Origin: Chiloscyllium plagiosum
Lineage: Eukaryota
Assembly (NCBI RefSeq): GCF_004010195.1
Contig: NC_057752.1
Coordinates: 14,872,203 to 14,936,202, forward strand
Reading direction: 5' to 3'
Length of the DNA: 64,000 bases
A program made the translations under genes and the position numbers. The notes under the pieces are model-generated. The model searched no databases, was not told the origin of the DNA, and saw only the letters and a program-made list of their open reading frames with translations. Below, piece by piece: positions 24,140 through 35,035 of this stretch; positions within the stretch are counted from its first letter, which is position 1; every line of letters starts with the position of its first letter.

Positions 24140-25650
24140 AAACTGGAGAGTTCTAGTTACGAAGAGAGATTAGATAGACTGAGGTTTGTTTTCTTTGGAG
24201 CAGCAGAGACTGAAGGGGCATGATTGAGATGCATAAAATTGAGGGGCATAGAGTAGACAGGGAAAAACTTTACCCCTAGGTTGGTTGGGGTGGGGAGGAA
24301 GGGGATAGAATCAAAGACTGGGACATAAATTTAAGGAATGGTGCTGCTGCTTTAGAGGGGATGTGAGGAAAAATCTTTTCACCCAGAGGATTGTGGGAAT
24401 CTGAAACTCACTACATGTAAATGTGTTGGAGGCAGAAACCCTCAGTGTCATAGTGGTCTTCGGCACAGAAGAATGTGCTTCAGCCTGTCGTGCTTTATAA
24501 GTTACGAATAAGCACCTAGGTATTCTAATCCCATAACATTTAAATATTGAGATGATCATGTGCAATGCTAAAGCATACAAGGCTGTCAGTCAAGTGCTGG
24601 AAAATGGGAATCTCATAGTTAGGTGCTTTTTTTTTTAACCAGCACAGACTGGATGGGTCGAAGGAGCTTTTTCCATGCTGTAGACCTATATGATTCCAGA
24701 ATCATTAATTTATGGAGTTCTGTTTCTCAGTGAGTCCTTGTCTGAAGCAGGGTCATTGTCTAACATAGCCTTTAAATTATTCAGATACCATACTCACCAG
24801 GAGTTGATAGATACAGGGGATGGACTGGGAAGTAGAGTTGTCGGGACAATTCAATCAGCTGAAATCTTGTCATGAGGCAGTGCAGGCTTGACAGTCCGAA
24901 TGGCCTACTCCTGTAGAACGATTCTATGTATGACAGGCTAAGTGTGTCTAAACAAGATTTAGAATAAAATTCAGTGTTTTGTCTGAAGTTAATATTTACA
25001 TTAATTGGTATCATATTGTAGGTGGAAAGGGAGAGGCGATGTCTCTAAGAACTAGAAAACCTATCAAGGACTGCTTAGAATGCTACCAAAGAGCCACAAA
25101 TGGGAACCTATCAAGTATGCACCGGTCAAAAACAACCAACTATTCTAATCCTGTCAGCACTTGGCACATAGCATTGTATGCCTTGGCATTGCCAGTGCGT
25201 ATCTCAATACTTCTTAAATGTTATGAGGATTGCTTTCTCTACCATCCTTACAGACAGTGAATTCCAGATTCCTCCCACGCTGCTTAACTTTAATCTATGT
25301 CCCCAGTAATTGATCCCTTCACCAAGGGCAAAGGTACCTTCTTATCTGCTCTATTTATGCCCCTGATAATTTTATACATCTCAGTCATGTTCCCCCTCAG
25401 TGACCGCTGCTTCAAGGAAAACAACCCCAGTCTGTCCAATCTCTCTTTGTAACTAAAACTCTCCAGCCCAGGTAATATTCTGGTAAATCTCCTCTGCATC
25501 CTCTCCAGTGTGCCAAATGCTGCCTATATTGTGGATTCCAGAACTGCACACAATAACTGTGGCCTAACCAATATTCTCCATAGTTCCAGTAGAACTTCCC
25601 TGCTCTTAAACTCTATGCCTTAGCTGATAAAGGTAAGAACGCCAAATATT
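24140..25650. mobile_element. CR1 3' fragments (+ ~24140-24690; - ~25080-25650)
   Basis: LESSSYEERLDRL; ORF 25290..25499 MQRRFTRILPGLESFSYKERL. Confidence 0.8.
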
Positions 25651-26540
25651 TCTCCATTCCTTCAATGGAGAGGTGATGTTGCAGTGGTAACGTCACAGGA
25701 TTAGTAAGCCAGAGGCCCAGGCTAATGTTATGGACATGAACGTCCAAATCCCACCTTCAGTAGTAGAATTTGAAATTAATTCAGAAAAACTTCAATATAA
25801 AGCTTGCAGATATTGGCCAATAAATTATGATTAAAAATCAGGGCAGAGACCATCAAAAGCGAGGAACTGCAGGGGTTAAAAATGAGGCAGGAACAAAGAG
25901 ATGCCAGCTAAATGGAGAAAATTAGATTGGAGTTACTTGTAGCAACTTCAAAATTGTGTTGTTTGCCATGGAAGTAGAATACCCAAAGTAAAAGTTCATG
26001 CAAGCTGAAAATAGTTACAGCGCTGCAGATACTGTGGGGGAGAAAAAAGAGCAAACTCTATAAATTGAACAAATTTGAAGTAGTTGCTCAATACAGAGTA
26101 CATCAGACTCTAGTTGCTAGCTCAGATGAATGAATGTTGACAATTTCATCTGAAAGGTGATGAAGACAGCACTCCATCAATACAGCAGCAAAACAGCACC
26201 CTGCATCATTTACTCAAGTCTCCTGGAGTCGGGCTTGATCTTTAGGCAGGAGTGCCAAAAACTGCCATCCAGTGTCAGATCTAATAGCTGATAAATTCAG
26301 TCAGCACTGGGAGTTTAACTGCACTTGTTCACAGTTGAAGGCTTAAAATAGCTTGCAATATTCTACAATGCTGTACAACTTGTACAATGCTTCTACAACT
26401 GTGAAACATTGAAACTTACTGTACCTGTGCCAAATCACAGTGTGACAATCTGTTTTTCAGCCAGCAGAATTGTAATAGGCTCACTTGTGTAAACAATGTC
26501 AGCCGCTGAGAGATTTTACAAAGTGTTTTCTCTAATTTAG

Positions 26541-27335
26541 ATTGGAGAAGGAAATTTGCTGCTTATTGTCCATATTTCGTTAACTATTGCTGTGACTGAT
26601 TATTCAATTGCAACAAAATCTCAGCAGGTCTGGCAGCACCTGTAAGGAGAGCAAAGAGCTGATATTTCGAGTCTAACTGACCCTTTGTCTCGAAACGTCA
26701 GCTCTTTGCTCTCCTTACAGATGCTGCCAGACCTGCTGAGATTTTCCAGCACTTTCTCTTTTGGTTTCAGATTCCAGCATCCGCAGTAATTTGCTTTTAT
26801 TCAATTGCAACATATCATTCTGGTCAGTATGCTCATTAATGGGATATTATATTAGAAAGTACCATTTGTGGCTCTTTGGCGGTACTATAAGCAGCCCTTG
26901 GCTGGTTTTCTGGTTCTGTTTAAGTGATTAAGATGCTGATTTTATTTTGGAACTTTTTGGTTGGATATCAGATAGTGTGAAGTCAGCACAGCCCCCTTTT
27001 GTACTCAGCTTGACAGCTGAACATATGTCCTTGACTGGGCTTCTATAAACAGGCAGGTTGAGACAGGAAAGCCATCAGGTTTAATAGAAGATGATGTGAT
27101 GATGAACTGTCAGCATAAAGAAGAGTGGGCTGGAAAGTAAACTCACGCATGCAGTCATTCCAATTATTGAAAAATGCTCCCACCATAAACTAATGAACAA
27201 ACCTTTTATGTAATGGAGTTCCATATGTCTGCAGATAGTGAAACCGTATATCAGATATCATTCTCCCTTTCCATTCCTGTGAGGATTAAATAGTCCAAAA
27301 AAAATGTTTGTGTCTGTATGTTTGTTTTCAATAAA
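26541..27335 (+). pseudogene. Probable terminal exon H plus 3' UTR, heavily decayed and interrupted by a PLE fragment
   Basis: Acceptor gtgttttctctaatttag; a phase-2 start gives RLEKEICCLLSIF. Later protein-like stretches (DADFILELFGWISDSVKSAQPPF; TYVLDWASINRQVETGKPSGLIEDDVMMNCQHKEEWAGK* ending 27140) lie in shifting frames. AATAAA at 27330-27335. Confidence 0.45.
26616..26796. mobile_element. Fold-back PLE terminal fragment inserted in pseudogene exon H
   Basis: 16-bp TSD ttattcaattgcaaca (26600-26615 / 26797-26812); ~55-bp inverted arms; contains the cgaaacgtc half-hammerhead. Confidence 0.85.
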
Positions 27336-28932
27336 TCAAAGATCACAAATTGCAGAGCCATTGCTGCAGGCTATAATAGTTTTGAACTTGAATATTGAAG
27401 GTTATATGATATTTAGGAAGAAAAAGTAACTAGGAAAAAGTAACTAGTGTGGCCCTGTTAATTAATGATGGGATGATTTCAGCTTAGGTAACCAGGATTT
27501 AGAAGTGGTTTGGGTAGAGATCAGAAATTATAAAGATAAGAAGGAACTTGTGAAAATGGTATATAGGCCACCTAACAGTAGCCATATGGTCGGATAGAGT
27601 ATAAAGGAAGAAATAATGGGAGCTTGTCAGAAAGGTACCCACAACAATCATGGAGTATTTTAATCTCCATATAGACTGGAAAAAATCAGATGAGGAAAGG
27701 CTTCCTGGATGATGAGTTCATTTAATCATTTTTTCAGGAGTTCCTCGGTAGTGTTGTAGGCCCAAACCATCTTCAGCTGCTTCATCAATGACCTTCCCTC
27801 CATCATAAGGTCAGAAGTGGGGATGTTTGCTGATGATTTGCACAATGTTCAGCATTATTCGTAACTTCTCAGATACTGAAGGAGACCATGTTCAAATGCA
27901 ACAAGATCTGGGCAATGTTCTGGCTTGGGCTAACAAATGGTAAGTAACATTCACGTCACACAAATTTGCAGCTCCAACAAGACTCTGGAACCTTGACACC
28001 ATCTAGGACAAAACAGCCTGCTTGATTGGCATCTCACCCATAAGAAACATCCACTCCTTTCACCACTGATGCTCAGTAGCAGCAGTATGTACTATCCACA
28101 AGATCCTTAACATCTTCCAAACCCAAGACCACTTCCACCTAGGCGGACAAGGGCAGCAGATAAATGAGAACACCCCCTGTAAGATCCCCTCCAAACCACT
28201 CAGCATCCAGACTTGGAAATATATAGCTCGGTCAAAATTTTGGAGCGCTCTCCCTCAGGGCAATGTGCAGCACGTGGCGTGCAGTGGTTCAAGAACGCAG
28301 CTCACCACCACTTTCTCAAGGGGGCAACTAGAGATGGACAATGAATACTGACCAGCCAGTGATTTCCATGTCCCATGAATGAATTTAAATGAAGAATGTT
28401 TTGGGATAGTTTTTCAGATCTGGAGCCAACTGGACAGCAGGCTTGAATAGACCTAGTATTGTGCAATGAGATAGGATTAATTCGTGACCTCATAGTGAAG
28501 ATGCCCCTAGGTAGCAGCAATCATAATATGATTGAATTTTAGACTCTGTTTGAAGGAGTAAAGAGTAGCATCAAGTTTAAACTTAATAAGGGCAATTATG
28601 AGGGCATCAATGTAGCACTTGTTAAAGTGAACTGGTAAATTGGGTGAAGGGATAGGACAATAAAGAGGCAACGGCAGATATTAAAGGGGATATTTCAGAA
28701 TATATAATATTTCCGAATATACCAATAAGAAATAAAAATTCCAAGGTGGTGTCCAAAAGACTCCATCCCTAGGGTCTTTAAAAAAAATGCCTTGTGAGAT
28801 AGTTGATGTGTTGGTTCTAATTTTTAAACATTTTCTAAATTTGGAGAAGGTTCCATTCGATTAGATGATAGCGAATGCAACTCCTTTAAGCAAAAATGGA
28901 AGGAGACAGAAAGCAACAAACTGCATTCCAGT

Positions 28933-29250
28933 TAGATTCCCTACAGTGTGGAAACAGGCCCTTCAACCCAACAAGTCCACACCGACCCTCCAAAGAGCAA
29001 CCCACCCAGACCCATTCCCCTACATTTACCCCTGACTAATGCACCTAACACTACGGCAATTTAGCATGGCCAATTCACCTGACCTGCACATCTTTGGACT
29101 GTGGGAGGAAACCGGAGCACCTGGAGGAAACCCACGCAGACACGGGGGGGACTGTGCAAACTCCACACAGACACTTGCCCGAGGTGGAAATTGAACCTTG
29201 GTCCGTGGCGCTGGTAGGCAGCAGTGCTAACCACTGAGCCACTGTGCCGG
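28933..29250 (-). mobile_element. HE1 SINE
   Basis: Reverse complement of the full head-V-tail structure. Confidence 0.9.
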
Positions 29251-30077
29251 CCTAAGCTTAATACTTGTCACGTTTCACCAATTTATTGGAGTTTTGAGAA
29301 AGTTACAAGCTGTGTAACTGGACAACCAATGGATGTGCTTTAGATTTCCAGAAGGCGTTGTGTAAGATGCCACACCAGAGCAGATGACATATTGACATAG
29401 ATAGAAAACTGAATGGGAAATATCAAACCGAATAGGCATAAATATGTTGGCATATTTATTCTGGTTGGCAATATGTAATGAGTAGTGTGCCACAGGGATC
29501 AATGCTGGGGCGTGAATTGTTTACAATTTATGTAAGAGACCAAAGTTAGGGAGAAATTAAGTTGTGAAGAGGCCATAAGGAGCCTAATTAGGGATATAGA
29601 TACGTTGCGTAATTGGACAAAGATCTGGCAAATATGCAAAGATCATCCATTTTGGCAGGTAGGATAAAAACAAAGAATTTTATTAAAATAGTGAGAGATT
29701 GCTGAGCTTTGAGATGCAGAGAGATCTGGGTGTCCTAGTGCATGAATTGTAAGGTTAGTATGCAGGTACAGCAAGTAATCAGGAAAACTTAAGAGATGTT
29801 ATAGTTTATTCTGTGGGAATTGAATAGAAAGGGAGGGAGATTATGCTTCAATTATATAGCAATAGTGAGACTGCATCTGGAGTACCATATATAGTATTGG
29901 TCTCCCTTATTTGAGGACGGATAGAAATGTGTTTGAAGTGATTCATATAAGATTTACCACACTAATACCTGGATCATTAGACAGTGTAGCGCACGCGCAG
30001 GCTCATCAGCCCACCATGTCTGCACTGACTACATTGACATTTCAAACTAATCCCATCTGCCTACACATGGTGGGAAT

Positions 30078-30462
30078 TGTACCCAGGTCTCTGGCGCTGT
30101 GAGGCAGCAGTGCTAACCACTGCGCCACCGTGCTGCATTTTTTTTTTAGATTCCCTACAGTGTGGAAACGGGCCCTTCGGCACAACAAGTCCACACCGAC
30201 ATTCTGAAGAGTAACCCACCCAGACCCATTTCCCATTTCCTCTGACTAATGCACCTAACACTGTGGGCAATTTAGCATGGCCAATTCACGTGACCTGCAC
30301 ATCTTTGGACTGTGGGAGGAACCGGAGCATCCGGAGGAAACCCATACAGACACTGGGAGAATGCGCAAACTCCACACAGACAGTCACCCAAGGCGGGAAT
30401 CGAACCCGGGTCCCTGGCACTGTGAGGCAGCAGTGCTAACAACTGAGCCACCCTGCCGCCCC
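30078..30462 (-). mobile_element. HE1 SINE (30147-30462) plus an adjacent HE1 head fragment (30078-30135)
   Basis: Two gtgctaac head motifs and one full body. Confidence 0.88.
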
Positions 30463-31193
30463 CAAAGGTTTAGGGTGAGAGGGGAAATATATAAAAGAGA
30501 CCTAAGGGGTAACTTTTACACAGAGGGTGGTGTGTGTATGGAATGAGCTGCCAGAAGAAGTGGTGGAGGCTGGTACAATTACAACATTTAAAAGGCATCT
30601 GAATGGGTATATGAATAGGAAGAGTTTGGAGGGATATGGTGCTGGCAGGTGGGACTAGATTGGTGTGGGATATCTGGTCGGCATGGACGAGTTGGACCGA
30701 AAGGTCTGTTTCCATGCTGTACATTTCTTTGACTCTGACTATCCACCGATCAATGCCTCTCGTAATTTTATACATTTTATATCAAGTCATCCCTCAGCCT
30801 TTGGTCTCGAAAGCAACCCAAATTTGTTTAGCCTCTCTTTGTAGCTAATACTCTCCAATTGAGGCAGTAAAAAAGGTCAACCTCTTTTGCACTCTTTCCA
30901 AAGTCTCCACAATCTTCCTATTATGTGGCAACCAGAACTGCGCACACTACTTTAAATGTGGCCAAATTAAAGTCTTATACAACTGCAATATGACTTGCCA
31001 ACTTTTACAATCGATTTTCCAAACGATGAAGGCAAGCATACCATATGCCTTCTTTACCACCTTATCCACTTGTGTTGCCACTTTTAGGGAGTTATGGACT
31101 TGCACCCTAAGATCCCTTTATATATTAATGCTCCTGCCATTTACTGTATAATTTCCTCTTGTATTTGACCTCGCAACATGCATCATCGCATTC

Positions 31194-31229
31194 ATCCCTG
31201 ATGAAGGGCTTTTGCCTGAAACGTCGATT
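31194..31229 (+). ncRNA. Minimal type I hammerhead motif in a solo PLE terminus (~31193-31322)
   Basis: CTGATGA-agggc-tttt-gcct-GAAAC-GTC, intact core. Confidence 0.75.
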
Positions 31230-33544
31230 CTCCTGCTCCTTGGATGCTACCTGACCTGCTGTGCTTTTCCAGCACCACAGTCTTGACTCTAATCTCCAGC
31301 ATCTACAGTCCTCACTTTCACCTATCACCACACTTGTCTGGATTGAACTCCATTTGCCATTTTGTTGCCCAACTTTCTAAGTGATCTATATCCTGCTATA
31401 TCCTTTGGTAACCTTCCTCACTATCCACAAGTCAACTAATTTTTCTGTTTTCTGTAAACTTACTAAACAAATGGGTGGGTTGTCTTCTGAGGAAAGGTTG
31501 GATGGGCTAGGAATGTATTCAATGAAGTTTAGAAGAGGAAGAGGTGGCTTGATTGAAACATAAGATTCAGAGTGTTCTCGATAGCGTGAATATGGAAAGG
31601 ATGTTTTCTTTAGGTGGAGTATCTAGAGCTAGGAAGTCACCCGTTGTGGGTGGAAATGAGAAGAGGATTGTGAGCTGCATTCCCCCTCCCCCCACCTCTT
31701 CTTTTCCACTGTGTAAACCTGTGAGGTCCAACATGCAGAAGTCACTGTGCTGGTACACCACTTGGCATGTGCAAGACCTCCAAGGGAGTGGAGACCTGAG
31801 ACGAAATGTTGATCATGGGTCTTTGGAAGTCTCTTCCTCACAATTCAATGGAAGCAATGTCATTGAGTATTTTTAAGGTAGAGAGAGATAGATTCATGTT
31901 GGAAGTAGTGTATTGGCGAAGATAGAGAATTGGCTGATGGGCAGGAAATAGTGAATGGGGATAAAGGGGTTCTTTTTCAGGTTGGCAATCTGTAATCACA
32001 GGAAGTAATGCAACTGTTTACAATATTTTTAAGTAATTTGGAAGAAGAAAGCCAAATGTACTGTAGCCAGATTTGCAGGTGATGCAAAAATAGGTAGCAA
32101 GGCAAGTTATGAGAGGGATAGAAGCGGTTTACAAAGGTATTGATAGGTCATGTAATTGATCAAAAAGTTGGCAAATGGAAAATAATGTGGCAAAATGTGC
32201 AGTTTGTTATTTTGGAAGGTGAACAAAAGAGCTTTATTATTTAAATAGAGAAAGGTTGTGGAAATCTGTAACACAAAGGGACTTGGGCGTGTTTGTATAC
32301 GACACCCAGAAAGCTAGCACACAGGTGCAGCAATTAATCAGGAATGCTAATGAAATGTTGGCTTTTATTTTGGGGGATTGGGATGGGAGGTGGTGGAGAA
32401 GAAGAGTAGGGAAATCTTACTGCAGCTGTGCAAGGTGCTAGTGAAACCACATCTGGAGTACTGTGAACAGTTTTGGTCCCCTTGTTTCAGGAAAGATACC
32501 GTTGCATTGGTAGCAGTTCAGAGAAGGTTCACTAGGATAATCCCAGTAACAGAGGGGTTTTATTATGAGCAAAGGTTAGACAGGTTGGGAGTCTGCTTAT
32601 TGGAGTTTAGAATGGGAGGTGATCTAATTGAAATATGTAGAATTTTTAAGGGGCTTGACTGGGAAAATACTGAGAAGGTGTTTCCCCTAAGAGGGCATCA
32701 TCCCAAAATAAATGGGTGCCAATTTAAGATGGAGATGAGGAAGCATTTTTTTGTGGGTTGAGAGTCTTTGGAACTCCTTCCTACAGAGAGCTGTAGGGGC
32801 AGAGTCCTTAAGTGTCTTTAAGGCTGGGAGAGATTTTTGATCAGTAAGGGAATTAAGGGTTACAAGGAAAAAGCAACAAAGTGATGTGAGGAATGTCATA
32901 TCAGCCATGATCCTATTGAATAGTGGAGCAGGCTCGTTGGGCCAAAAGGCCTTACTCCTATTCTTGTTTCTTATGAGTAGGTAGGAATTAGGAGGAATCA
33001 GATTAGTCATGATCTCATTGGGAGGCTGAGTGGCCTATTACTGCTCCTTCCTCATGTGACTGTAAATTGTGCTTCTTCAGATCTGTTGCAAGTTTTATTC
33101 TTTGTCCAAATTGTGTTTACCACGCTCTGAAATTGAGCTTCTGTTAGTTCATGTTGCCCATCTTAATCGAGCAGCTTTTTGGGTGGCTTGAGCCACTGTG
33201 CTGTTCCGCCATACTGAAGTAAACTCAAGTTAAATGTGAAGCCAAGTGCTATGACTAATTCGGTGAGCAACTATTTTGACAAGGCAAACTAACATTGGGT
33301 TCTTGTTGAATGCAGTATCATTAGTTCCAAATATCCAATGATTTTGCTGAATTATTTTGGTGTATTCAGGTGCACAGAGAGCTGGTTCTGTTTTCTGCTA
33401 ATACAGTTCTGCATGGAAGAATGTAGAGGAAGGAGTATATTCCTGCTGTACATCTCGAGTATTTGTATCACTGAAGATTGTAAGCCACATTAAGTTTTTT
33501 TTTGTTTTCAGGCATTTCTTTGTCCTTTCCGAGACTGCTGCTTC

Positions 33545-35035
33545 TGGGGCCTTAACAGATATCTTTGTAGCATCTTAAATACAGGTGAGGTCCCAGAAGA
33601 CTGGGGAATTGCTAATGTTGTCCCCTTGTTTAACGAGGGAAGCAGGGATAATCCAGGGAATTATAGACCGGTGAGCCTGATGTCAGTGGAAGGGAAGCTG
33701 CTTGAGAAGATACTGAGGGATAGAATCTTCCCTATCCCTCAGTATCTCTTTACATTTGGAAGAAAATGGGTGTATCAGTGATAGGCAACATGGTTTTGTG
33801 CAGGGAAGGTCATGTCTTACAGACTTAATAGAATTCTTTGAGGAAGTGACAAAATTGATTGGTGAGGTTAGGGCTGTAGATGTCATTTACATGGACTTCA
33901 GTAAGGCGTTTGATAAGGTTCTTCACGCGCGGCTGATGGAAAAAGTGAAGTCGCGTGGGGCCCAGGGTGTACTAGCTACATGGATAAAGAACTGGCTGGG
34001 CAACAGGAGACAGATCGTAATGGAAGGGAGTTTCTCAAAATACAGAACTGTGACCAGTGGTGTTCCACAGGGATCTTTGCTGGGACCATTCTTGTTTGTG
34101 ATTTACATAAATGATCTGCAGGAAGGTATAGGTGGTCTGATTAGCAAGTTTGCAGATGACACCATGATTAGTGGAGTAGCAGATAGTGAAGGGGACTGTC
34201 AGAGAATGCAGCAGAATATAGAAAGATTGGAGATTAAGGCAGAGAAATGGCAGATGGAAGTCAATCCAGGCAAATGAGAGGTGATGCAGTTTGGAAGATC
34301 CAGTTCAAGAGTGAGCTATACAGTATGTGGAAAAGTCCTGGGGAATATTGATGTACATAGAGATCTGGGTGTTCAGGTCCATTGTACCTTGAAGGTGGCA
34401 ATGCAGGTCAAGAGAGTGGTCAAGAAGGCATATGGCAGGCTTACCTTTGTCAGATGGGGTATTGAGTGCAAGAGTTGGCAGATCATGTTACAGTTGTATA
34501 GGACTTTGGTTTGGCCATGTTTGGAATACTGCGTACAGTTCTGGTCGCCACATTACAAAAGGATGTGGATTGTTTGAAGAGGAAGCAGAGGAGGGTCACC
34601 AGGATGTTGCCTGGTATGGAGGGCACTAGCTGTGAAGAGAAGTTGAGCAGATTAGGATTATTTTCATTGGAAAGGAGGCGGTTGAGGGGGGACCTGATTG
34701 AGGTCTACAAAATCATGAGAGGATAGCAAGAGTCTTTTTTTCCCCAGGTTGGGGGACTCAATTACTAGGGGTCACAAGTTCAAGGTGAGAGGGGAAAAGT
34801 TTAAGGGAGATATGTATGGAAAGTTCTTCATGCAGAGTGTGGTGGATGCCTGGAATGTGTTGCCAGTGGAGTTGGTAGAGGTGGGCACAATAGCAGCATT
34901 CAAGACAGATACATGAATGGCAGGGAGCAGAGGGATACAGATCATTGGAAAATTGATGACAGATTTCGATCAAGGATCTGGATCGGCACAGGCTTGGAAG
35001 GCCAAAGGGCCTGTTCCTGTGCTGTAATTTATATT
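33545..35035 (+). mobile_element. CR1 LINE RT domain and 3' tail, well preserved
   Basis: QHGFVQGRSCLT, YMDFSKAFDKV, SGVPQGS and KFADDT (33756..34277); tail at ~35000-35035. Confidence 0.95.

Larger units (their letters stand above)
20798..24140 (+). mobile_element. Decayed Ty3/Gypsy LTR retrotransposon: 5' LTR ~20798-21540, gag from 21622, integrase ~22590-23880; RT/RNase H absent
   Basis: gag MSLFGKLDLFKPAVEDWAQYAERMHYFF*AN; integrase WEWPDKSWTWLRINYAGPF...IVDTHSKW and LPEVLVTDNG...PYYPSSNGLAE. Many stops. Confidence 0.85.
729..27335 (+). pseudogene. Multi-exon (unprocessed) pseudogene of an unidentified protein; about 8 exons in the window, 5' exons probably upstream
   Basis: AG/GT-bounded exons at 729-820, 3115-3263, 8975-9038, ~9955-10068, 15106-15153, 16572-16927, 17429-17641 and 26541-~27140. 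Splice phases match (2,0,1,0,0,2,2) if one extra base is allowed in exons B and D. Six in-frame stops lie in exons D, F and G. The last exon has a PLE insertion and an AATAAA follows at 27330. Confidence 0.75.
27370..33050. mobile_element. Cluster of decayed CR1-type LINE pieces (mostly +) with nested SINEs and a PLE fragment
   Basis: Endonuclease-like VYRPP at ~27560; RT-like FINDL/FADD at ~27780-27840; PHLEYCEQFWSP (32378..32761); - strand CR1 at ~30740-31465. Confidence 0.8.
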
